A DNA stretch of 64,000 nucleotides from Spirochaetaceae bacterium. GTDB taxonomy: Bacteria > Spirochaetota > Spirochaetia > DSM-27196 > SKKC01. Shown piece after piece: positions 46,940-54,319 of the stretch. Numbering within the stretch: the stretch's first letter is position 1; the number at the start of each line of letters is the position of its first letter. The stretch covers positions 1,421 to 65,420 of the forward strand of contig SKXQ01000020.1 in NCBI GenBank assembly GCA_007128315.1. The letters are read 5' to 3'. The notes below the pieces were generated by a model. That model ran no database searches. It saw only the letters and a program-made list of their open reading frames with translations, and was not told the origin of the DNA. Made by a program: the position numbers and the translations under genes.

Positions 46940-48580
46940 ATGTTTCACCGCAATTACAAACAATTTGGTCTCCTGCTTACGTCTCTTGCCGTTCTTGTCG
47001 CACTTCTGAGCGTCAGTGGATGTGACAACGAAGAAGCGTCATCAGCTGATCACCCGGAAGACGTCGTCCGTTTCGAGCTTGTTGCCCGATCCGATGTGCT
47101 TACCATAGGCGATGGCGTGAACTTTGAAGGCTTTACGTTCAACGGAACCATGCCTGGTCCACAGATGGTTGTGCGTGAAGGTGACACCGTCGAAATCACC
47201 GTCGTGAACGAAGACTCGGTGACACACGGTCTTTCCATGCACGCGGCGAACACGTTTACGTCGGGATACGTAGGCAACATTGAGGCGGGAGAGACAGCGA
47301 CGCTGACGTTTCAGGCAGACTACCCCGGCGTGTACATGTATCACTGTGCTCCGGGCGGTCACGGTATCATGACGCACACCATGGGAGGACAGTTCGGCAT
47401 GCTTGTTGTTCTGCCGAATGAGCCATATCAGATGGAGCAGGACCTCGGCCGTGAGCCGGACATTGAGATATTCATGATTCAGCATGAAGTGTATCGGAAT
47501 GGTCGGGACTTTTTTGACGGGAACGCACAGTACGTCATGTTCAACGGCGAAACGTTCCGCTACGTGCGGGAGCCGATACAGGCTCGCCCCGATGACTACA
47601 TCCGCTTCTATTTCCTGAACGTCGGGCCAAACCTGACGACTACGTTCCACGCAGTTGGCGGCATATGGGATTACATATACTACGGTGGAAACCCGAATAA
47701 TCGCATGTACGGAACCCAGTCGGTGGTCGCCGGCCCTACCGACTCTTACGTCATTGACTGGCAGGTTCCCAGTGAAGGGTATTTCACTCTGGTCAGCCAT
47801 GCGTTCGGCACGCAGGCAATCAAAGGCGCCGTCGGTATTATCGAAGCATACGAAGACAACGACCGCGACGTAGTCGTGCGAAGTGAAGGTCGGTCCGACG
47901 GGCCGCTCGAGAACCCTCGGCGGTTCGTCTCGCCCTTCGGGCTCGGGTCGGAAGACATTGATTATCCCGTACGTCTGAGCCCTTACGATCGGCATACCAT
48001 TGAAATGGTCGGAAACAGCTACTACCCGAAGCGCGTTGAGATTCCGGTCGGAACCGAGCTTACGTGGATTAACGAGGACGTATTTGACATGCTCGAAGGA
48101 GAGCTTACCGGTAAGCACGACGTTGTTATTGTATCCGGAACGGGAGATGATTTCTTTTCCACGGAACTACTCGATCACGCTGAAACGGTAAGCTACACGT
48201 TCGCTTCGCCGGGCACCTACGAGTATATCTGTTCGATACACCCGTATATGAGGGGGCAGGTGGTGGTCTACGATCCAGCTACCGACGGTCGGGCAGGGTT
48301 CTCCGGTTTCCAGTCCGACGCCGACCCGCAGCTTGTATCGTTTTCGTCACCGTCGGGCCGACAGGGGTCAAGTCCGGTTATAAGTGATCTTCCACCGTCA
48401 AGCCTCGACGTACGCCTGAGCGAGGCTACAGCGCATCTCTACGATACCAGTCCTGAAGCGTATGAGAATGCCATGACGCAGCTGGCACAGGTTCGGCAGG
48501 CCTTCGCTATAGATCCTGATGTAAGCGACTTTTTTCTCCGACCCGATCAGCTGACCTTTGGCGCGTTCTGCGCATTCTGA
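46940..48580 (+). CDS. NirK-like two-domain multicopper protein fused to a C-terminal cupredoxin domain; lipoprotein
   Basis: Start at MFHRNYKQFGLLLTSLAVLVALLSVSGC (lipobox). FNGTMPGPQMVVREGD, VTHGLSMHAA, YMYHCAPGGHGIMTHTMGG, FHAVGGIWDY and VSHAFG align with NirK copper-site blocks. The C-terminal domain has KHDV ... YEYICSIHPYMRGQVVVY (C-x2-H-x2-M). Confidence 0.75.
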   Translation: MFHRNYKQFGLLLTSLAVLVALLSVSGCDNEEASSADHPEDVVRFELVARSDVLTIGDGVNFEGFTFNGTMPGPQMVVREGDTVEITVVNEDSVTHGLSMHAANTFTSGYVGNIEAGETATLTFQADYPGVYMYHCAPGGHGIMTHTMGGQFGMLVVLPNEPYQMEQDLGREPDIEIFMIQHEVYRNGRDFFDGNAQYVMFNGETFRYVREPIQARPDDYIRFYFLNVGPNLTTTFHAVGGIWDYIYYGGNPNNRMYGTQSVVAGPTDSYVIDWQVPSEGYFTLVSHAFGTQAIKGAVGIIEAYEDNDRDVVVRSEGRSDGPLENPRRFVSPFGLGSEDIDYPVRLSPYDRHTIEMVGNSYYPKRVEIPVGTELTWINEDVFDMLEGELTGKHDVVIVSGTGDDFFSTELLDHAETVSYTFASPGTYEYICSIHPYMRGQVVVYDPATDGRAGFSGFQSDADPQLVSFSSPSGRQGSSPVISDLPPSSLDVRLSEATAHLYDTSPEAYENAMTQLAQVRQAFAIDPDVSDFFLRPDQLTFGAFCAF

Positions 48581-48596
48581 CCATTCAGATCTAACG

Positions 48597-48629
48597 ACAG
48601 GCGGGCCGTACAGCCCGCCTGTTTCGTCT
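48597..48629 (+). terminator. Putative rho-independent terminator after the NirK-like gene
   Basis: Perfect 10-bp stem acaggcgggc / gcccgcctgt with a 6-nt loop. The tail ttcgtct is a weak U-tract. Confidence 0.5.
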
Positions 48630-48670
48630 AAGGTCGTGCCTGTTTACGCTCGATATGGTATCCTTGCTGC

Positions 48671-49459
48671 ATGGCACCCAGACCGTCGGATGGTTCGCTG
48701 TTCTGTCCCCATTCAGTTCGAAACAGTATCTGCTTTTTCTGTAATCGCATTCCTGTTGAAAAACAGGCTCTCTTTAGCGAAAATCTCCGTGCATTCACTG
48801 CCGAGGCAGGCGAGGTGATGTTTCGCGAAGGCGACGAAGCTCCGGGTCTCTGGTCGGTCTGCAGCGGGCGTATACATTTGCAGCGGATCAGCGAAGAAGG
48901 GCGAACGCTGGTTACCCGTATTATTTATCCAGGTGGAATGATGGGCCACCGGTCGGTATTGTCGGGTTCGGTGCTCAGTGGTACTGCAGTTGCACATGAG
49001 CGGACGGTCGGAACGTTCATGAAGCGATCGCTCCTTGAACGTCTGTTCGCAACCGAACCGACGTTCCGTATTGCAATTATGCGGCTCCTTGCCGACGACC
49101 TGGATCACGCCGAGTCGCTCGCTGCCAGTATGGCCTACAACGACGCCCGCTCCCGGGTCCTCGCTGCGCTCGCTGAGTTTCGCCGTGTACGCGAACGTGT
49201 GGTCGGAACGCTCGCCGGGTGGGAGTTTTCTATTCCCCGAAAAGAACTATCGGAGCTCACTGGTCTCAGCGTCGAAGGCGTGGTCCGGACACTCAAGAAA
49301 CTCGAAGCCGACGGCGTTCTCGAGACTCATGGCCGAACCATCAGGATCGTCGACCCGAATGCCGTCCGACAACAGTGCCTGCACCACTGCACAGAGCGGC
49401 AGAACGACCGGGGTGAAGATATATGCCACTGTCTCTTCGAGCGGAGCGGAGGCGACTAG
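48671..49459 (+). CDS. Crp/Fnr-family transcriptional regulator with Cys-rich N- and C-termini
   Basis: cNMP-binding-like beta-roll (FREGDEAPGLWSVCSGRIHL). HTH RKELSELTGLSVEGVVRTLKKLEADGVL. N-terminal C-x8-C-x2-C and C-terminal CLHHC...CHC. Confidence 0.8.
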   Translation: MAPRPSDGSLFCPHSVRNSICFFCNRIPVEKQALFSENLRAFTAEAGEVMFREGDEAPGLWSVCSGRIHLQRISEEGRTLVTRIIYPGGMMGHRSVLSGSVLSGTAVAHERTVGTFMKRSLLERLFATEPTFRIAIMRLLADDLDHAESLAASMAYNDARSRVLAALAEFRRVRERVVGTLAGWEFSIPRKELSELTGLSVEGVVRTLKKLEADGVLETHGRTIRIVDPNAVRQQCLHHCTERQNDRGEDICHCLFERSGGD

Positions 49460-50100
49460 TCTGTAGCGTCGGACGCGAGATGCAGCATCTGAGCCGTGAT
49501 ACGTTCTGTGTCTGATTGATTGGTCGCGCTCGCCATGCGGTGTACCGCGCGAATCTGGTGCTCGTGATCGAGCAGATACATGGTCGTGGCGTGGAACCCG
49601 GTTCCATCCGGATGTACCTGAAATGCATATCCGATTTCTCCTGCAAGATTCTGCAGCGAACCGTCAGTGCTCCGAAGCATCCTCCATCCTTCGGGGTCTG
49701 CATCAAAAGCACGAGCATAAGAGCGAAGAAACTCAGAATCATCGTTTTCGGGGTCTATCGTAATGGCGACAAGCTCCGCCTGCTCACCGTATACGCCTGC
49801 GTTACGCAGGCCATTCCGTATATCGGCGAAGTCATACATGGTCATGGGGCACGCGCCGTCAGGACAGTTGATCAGTATGAACGCGATCAGTTTAACTCGT
49901 CCGTTGTCTGAATGATACGTCGTATCGGTCAGTACCTCGTGCATGAAAAATGGTGTCGGTGTTACAAAGCGACTGATGCCGAGGTCTGCCGGGGATGCCG
50001 TCCCGGTCCGACTGTATGACACGTAGCCGTACAGCCCTGCCGAAATCAGAGTTATGCCCGTAATTGTCATGAACAGAATCAGGTTCCATCGGTGCTTCAT
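49456..50100 (-). CDS. SCO1/SenC-family copper chaperone / thiol-disulfide protein
   Basis: Start at MKHRWNLILFMTITGITLISAG (TM anchor). Thioredoxin-like fold with NCPDGACP and a downstream His (LLDHEH). The longer ORF to 50160 would run across the FNR box. Confidence 0.7.
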   Translation of the reverse strand: MKHRWNLILFMTITGITLISAGLYGYVSYSRTGTASPADLGISRFVTPTPFFMHEVLTDTTYHSDNGRVKLIAFILINCPDGACPMTMYDFADIRNGLRNAGVYGEQAELVAITIDPENDDSEFLRSYARAFDADPEGWRMLRSTDGSLQNLAGEIGYAFQVHPDGTGFHATTMYLLDHEHQIRAVHRMASATNQSDTERITAQMLHLASDATD

Positions 50101-50145
50101 GGTACGCTCCTGCAAACGATAGTATGCACGAGTGTCCGGGGTTAC

Positions 50146-50161
50146 ATTGACCTGGGTCAAT
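50146..50161. promoter_or_regulatory. FNR/CRP-type box, perfect palindrome ATTGAC-N4-GTCAAT
   Basis: attgac ctgg gtcaat, centred about 53 bp from the SCO start (50100, minus) and about 50 bp from the PrcB-like start (50204, plus). Confidence 0.6.
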
Positions 50162-50203
50162 CGAATGGATTTAATCGGAGTTGCGCGATATTGCTATAGA
50201 CGT

Positions 50204-50674
50204 ATGAAGCAGTTAATGATGATTACGATAGTGGCGTTTGCCGCCGCGTGTGGAACGAGTGCAATGCCGTCCGGGGAAGGTCCCGCAGAACGCGACATGA
50301 ACGGTGTTCGTGTCGTTGCCGAGGGAAATCTCGAGCGACAGAACCCCGGTGCGCAGACGCTACGGACACCGGAACAGCTGGAAACCGTGCTCCAGCAAAT
50401 GGGTCAGATTGATCTTGCCCGGCGCGGCGCGGTGCTCGGTGGTGTCGACTTTGAACGGCAGGTCGTCGTTGCTGCTTTTCTCGGACGTCGCAGGACAGGT
50501 GGGTACAGTCTCGAGCTCGCCGGGGTTGAACGGGACGAAGAGTTCATAACCATTCACGTACGAGAGCGACAACCCCCTGCCGATGCAATGGTTACACAGG
50601 CCTTGACCTGGCCGGCGATATTGATTCTCGTAGATGATGCTCCTCCGGGAGTGCGGGCCTTTATACGGAACTGA
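50204..50674 (+). CDS. PrcB C-terminal domain-like lipoprotein
   Basis: MKQLMMITIVAFAAAC lipobox. VDFERQVVVAAFLGRRRTGGYSLEL resembles the PrcB_C domain of the spirochete protease-complex subunit. Confidence 0.5.
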   Translation: MKQLMMITIVAFAAACGTSAMPSGEGPAERDMNGVRVVAEGNLERQNPGAQTLRTPEQLETVLQQMGQIDLARRGAVLGGVDFERQVVVAAFLGRRRTGGYSLELAGVERDEEFITIHVRERQPPADAMVTQALTWPAILILVDDAPPGVRAFIRN

Positions 50675-50736
50675 ACGAACGCAGGTCCTGCGCGAGGGTT
50701 TGACCCCCTGTCGCCGGAAACACTATCCTCGCCTTC

Positions 50737-52983
50737 ATGAAGAAACTCGGGACGTTCGGCGGGGTTTTTGTACCGTCTTTCGAAGCAATACTCGGCGCAG
50801 TGCTTTTTCTTATTCTTCCGCTCCTTGTCGGAGCGGTTGGACTCTGGCAGATGCTCATTATCGTTGCCCTTGCAAACACGGCGACGGTTGCAACGGCGTT
50901 TTCGCTTTCCGACGCTGCCACGAATCTGAACAACATCGGCGCCGGTGGCATGTATGCAATTTCCAAGCGGTCACTTGGAGCTGCTTTTGGCGGGTCCATC
51001 GGCATGCAGCTTTATGTGGCGCAGGCGGTGTCTATTGGTTTCTATGCAGCCGGTTTTGCCGAGCCTGTTCAGCGGATTCTTATGACGTTTCCCGCTTACG
51101 TTGACCTCATTGAGGCCCTCGAGCTCTCGGCGCTCATGCAGCGACAGCTAATCGCGAGTGTGGCAGTCATCATAGGCCTTGTTATTGCCCTTATCGGTGC
51201 GGACGTCGTTACACGCCTGCAGCTCGGTATATTTTTTATTCTCGTTGCTGCCGTCGGCGTGATTATGATCTCACCGCTGATGCAACCGGTCCGTGACGGG
51301 GTCCCCGTCTTTACCGGTGAACCAATGAGCAGCGGGGTTATCGGTCGTATCGGTTTTTTTGCCGCCTTTGCGACCTTTTTTCCCGCGGTTACCGGTATCG
51401 ATGCCGGGGTCGGCATGAGCGGGAGCCTCAAGGATGCACGTCGTTCGCTCGGGCGAGGTACCTTTGCGGCGATACTCGTGACTACGGCGGTATACGGACT
51501 CGTAACCTATATCTTCAGCCTTGTTCGCCCTGAGCTTCTGCAGTTCCAGAATGGTATTGCCCCGTCGACCATGGACATCTTTGCAGAAGCGCCGGTGATT
51601 CTGTACGTTCTCCTCTTCGGCATCATCGTGGCGACCGCGTCGTCGGCTCTGGCGTATTTTCTCACGGCACCACGAACAGCTCAGGCGATAGCTGTTGACG
51701 GTCTTTTCCCGAAAATGCTTTCCTTTCTCGGTAAAGACTTTCGCAAAGGCGGATCCGAACCACGATGGGCAACACTTGTAACCTTTATACTGGCCTTTTC
51801 GGTGATCTGGTCGGGTGATATCTCCTTTATTTCGCTGATCGTCGGTATCTGTTTTCTTGTCGTGTACGGATGGGTCAACCTGGCCGCGTTTTTCGAGCGG
51901 GTCAGCGGAAACCCGAGCTTTCGTCCGACCTCAAAAGGCCACTGGCTTATCTCACTCTACGGTTTTCTCGTATGTATGGCGGTCATTGCCCTGTTCAACG
52001 TCTGGATAGGCATTGGCGTCCTGTCGGTACAGCTTCTGCTGTTCTATCTGCTTCTGAAGTACCGGTCCGGAAGCCTTATTGAAGGTGTCTGGTGGGGACT
52101 GGTATTCCGGCTTCTACACTGGGGCTTTGATTCCATGGAGGGGATCATACAGGGAAGCAAGAACTGGCGACCTATAGTCGGGATCTTCGGCTTCGTCGAC
52201 AAGGCGACCGAAACCAGTCACGTACTCCGCATGGGGCGCCGCATCAGCGAGTACAAGGGAATTACAATGGTCAATCTTCTCAGCCCGGTCGACATACACA
52301 AGGCGGTGGAGCACGGCGACAGCGAAATGAAACTCGACCGGTCCAGCCGTATCGTCGCGGTTCCGGACAGCGATTACGCCTCCGCAGTTTCGGCGATCGT
52401 TCAGGCTGCGGCACCCGGTGGCCTGCAGATGAACACAGTGCTCATGTCTATTGACTCACGTCTCGGTCTGTACGATCTTACCCAGGATCTCATCCGCAGG
52501 GAGAAGCACGTGCTTCTCTACAAGCCGGGGCTCGTTGTTGAAGGCGAGGGGAAGGACCGCATCGATGTGTGGTGGAAAGGGTATGAGAACGGGAACTTCA
52601 TGGCCCTGCTTGCATACATTATCAACCAGAGCGATGCGTCCGCCGGTGGGAAGACCAAGCAGATACGCATGATACGAAAGCTACAGAGCGGCGAGGACCG
52701 GGAAATCGCATTCGAAGAAATGCAGAAGCTGCTCGACGGGGCACGGCTGCCGGGTGAAGTGCTGATCATTGAACCCGACACGATACCCATACACGAGTCC
52801 ATACAGGCCCGGTCAATGGATGCAGGGCTAATCTTCATGGGTATGCCGGGTAAACAAATGGGAGGCCTTGCTCACATGTTTGATATCGACGAGAGACTCT
52901 TTGCGAGACAGTTTGAGAAGTTCAAGGACTTCCCCCCCATGCTCTTCGTAAAGGCCGCATACACGGTCGACCTCTTCGAGTAG
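50737..52983 (+). CDS. APC-superfamily permease, cation-chloride cotransporter (SLC12)-like, with a large cytoplasmic C-terminal domain
   Basis: 748 aa. MKKLGTFGGVFVPSFEAILGAVLFL start is typical of SLC12-type permeases. About 12 TM segments followed by a soluble domain of about 280 aa. Confidence 0.7.
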   Translation: MKKLGTFGGVFVPSFEAILGAVLFLILPLLVGAVGLWQMLIIVALANTATVATAFSLSDAATNLNNIGAGGMYAISKRSLGAAFGGSIGMQLYVAQAVSIGFYAAGFAEPVQRILMTFPAYVDLIEALELSALMQRQLIASVAVIIGLVIALIGADVVTRLQLGIFFILVAAVGVIMISPLMQPVRDGVPVFTGEPMSSGVIGRIGFFAAFATFFPAVTGIDAGVGMSGSLKDARRSLGRGTFAAILVTTAVYGLVTYIFSLVRPELLQFQNGIAPSTMDIFAEAPVILYVLLFGIIVATASSALAYFLTAPRTAQAIAVDGLFPKMLSFLGKDFRKGGSEPRWATLVTFILAFSVIWSGDISFISLIVGICFLVVYGWVNLAAFFERVSGNPSFRPTSKGHWLISLYGFLVCMAVIALFNVWIGIGVLSVQLLLFYLLLKYRSGSLIEGVWWGLVFRLLHWGFDSMEGIIQGSKNWRPIVGIFGFVDKATETSHVLRMGRRISEYKGITMVNLLSPVDIHKAVEHGDSEMKLDRSSRIVAVPDSDYASAVSAIVQAAAPGGLQMNTVLMSIDSRLGLYDLTQDLIRREKHVLLYKPGLVVEGEGKDRIDVWWKGYENGNFMALLAYIINQSDASAGGKTKQIRMIRKLQSGEDREIAFEEMQKLLDGARLPGEVLIIEPDTIPIHESIQARSMDAGLIFMGMPGKQMGGLAHMFDIDERLFARQFEKFKDFPPMLFVKAAYTVDLFE

Positions 52984-52985
52984 GA

Positions 52986-53029
52986 CAAAAAAAAGCGTGC
53001 AGCACGGTCGCTGCACGCTCCTGTTTTTT
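52986..53029. terminator. Bidirectional rho-independent terminator between convergent genes
   Basis: A8 tract, perfect 10-bp stem agcgtgcagc / gctgcacgct, 6-nt loop, then cctgTTTTTT. Works in both orientations. Confidence 0.8.
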
Positions 53030-53048
53030 GACTTCGATCACTCAGTCT

Positions 53049-53840
53049 TTAGTTTCGCTCGAGCTGTGCAAGTGCCATCTGTGCGTTGATAAAGTAGTCC
53101 TTGAAGTCCGAGAGGGTTGCTCCGGTTACGGCGTCGGCAACCGACCAGAGGCGCTGATCGTTTGCATCTGCTTCGGCAGCGCGGCTCATGTCGTCCAGGT
53201 TAAAATGCCAGCCATTTTCGTCAATGAATTCTTCGATTGCGTCAATGTTGCCCTGCCAGCCGAGGCCGAAGTTCCAGTAGCTTGATCCACGCTTGGTGAC
53301 CTGGCCGTAGCTTGTGGTTGTCACAGGCTGCACAGATCCACCGAACTCGGTCATGATGCCGAAGCCGCCGTTCTGAATGCTCGAGAAGTAATCAGCCATT
53401 GAGTCCTGGCTTCGAATAATGATCAGTTCCAGATCCTGGTTTCCTGCAGGGTTGCCCTGGTCGTCTGCCGAGACGTAGGTTACCGAGGTTCCGACGGTCG
53501 TACCGACATAGGTGGTACCGTTGTACACAACGTATTTGGCAACGAAGTTGCGGTTTCCACGAACCACATAAGATGCTGTGTTATCGTCGTTCCACTCAGC
53601 GGCGTCGATATCGACTGCTGCGAGCGTGTGGGGCAGGAATGCTTCGTCGAGTTGTACACTGACTTCACCCTGTGCATTGGTGCTTGCAATGGCCTGGCCG
53701 ACGTATCCTGCGTGAATGTAGATGTATGCCTCGGCGGTCTGGTTCGGGGCGAACGCGGGTCCGGCAGCTTCTGTCTCACCGTTTCCACAACCAGCAAGTA
53801 CGAGCACAATCGCTATTGCAATTAGAGATGCTTTTCTCAT
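53049..53840 (-). CDS. Lipoprotein of unknown function with a C-terminal FMN-binding (flavinylation-type) motif
   Basis: MRKASLIAIAIVLVLAGC lipobox. Near the C-terminus, SVADAVTGATLSDF matches the D-x-x-(S/T)-G-A-(T/S) covalent-FMN attachment motif. Confidence 0.6.
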   Translation of the reverse strand: MRKASLIAIAIVLVLAGCGNGETEAAGPAFAPNQTAEAYIYIHAGYVGQAIASTNAQGEVSVQLDEAFLPHTLAAVDIDAAEWNDDNTASYVVRGNRNFVAKYVVYNGTTYVGTTVGTSVTYVSADDQGNPAGNQDLELIIIRSQDSMADYFSSIQNGGFGIMTEFGGSVQPVTTTSYGQVTKRGSSYWNFGLGWQGNIDAIEEFIDENGWHFNLDDMSRAAEADANDQRLWSVADAVTGATLSDFKDYFINAQMALAQLERN

Positions 53841-53947
53841 ATCAAATATTCCTTATCTGTTACGAAGTTCACTTATATGTGACTGCAGTCATATTAAAGT
53901 TCACAACGTTGCGAGTCAAGGCGACAAAAGGCGGGTGCTGCGAATTT

Positions 53948-54266
53948 TTACTCCGAAAGCACGTTGTTCCCGTCTATTGCTTGAATGATATCTGCGACAA
54001 GCCTGTCGAACGCGACCTCTATCCCATGAGGGCTCAAAAAACCGGCAAGCTCCTGGTGAAGCGTGCTTCAGTTGTGGGAGAAGTGCGTTGCGTTAATGCC
54101 GGTGGCATCGTTCACCGAGCGCTCATCCCGCAGCCGGCGTGCTCGTGGGCGAACAGTATGGACCGGAATCCGCTGAGGCTCAGCCTGTCGCGGTGCACGC
54201 TTCGCAGTCACAGAAAGGAGCCGACCATCCTTCAGCCGATCCCGAACCGGGCAGCTGCAGTTTCAT
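53948..54266 (-). pseudogene. Decayed remnant of an MBL-fold (PhnP-like) hydrolase gene
   Basis: Manual translation gives three pieces in different frames. Frame A: MKLQLPGSGSAEGWSAPFCDCEACTATG-stop. Next frame: RDRLSLSGFRSILFAHEHAGCG (HxHxDH-like block). Third frame ends ...GIEVAFDRLVADIIQAIDGNNVLSE-stop. Total length is far too short for an intact gene. Confidence 0.4.
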
Positions 54267-54319
54267 GCGCCTGTGCTATACCGGGTGGCAGCGAGGCGTC
54301 CATGTGATAGGCTGCGGGC

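Noticed and set aside
47042-48118. 358-aa ORF antisense to the NirK-like gene. Similar long antisense ORFs occur at 33344-34582 (412 aa), 38431-39432 (333 aa), 37682-38449 (255 aa), 19237-20142 (301 aa), 42973-43716 (247 aa) and 54743-55495 (250 aa).
   Set aside because: Each lies fully inside a gene with clear family motifs on the opposite strand. Their translations are Arg/Pro/Ser/Gly/His-rich and low in complexity, with no recognisable motifs. This is the expected by-product of stop-codon-poor antisense frames in GC-rich DNA.
53868-53883. TTCAC-ttatat-GTGAC palindrome and AAGTTCAC direct repeat in the lipoprotein promoter region, initially suspected to be a CRP site
   Set aside because: The arm orientation is TCAC-N6-GTGA, the inverse of the CRP consensus TGTGA-N6-TCACA, and there is only a 4-5 bp match in an AT-rich region. 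This is not distinguishable from chance.
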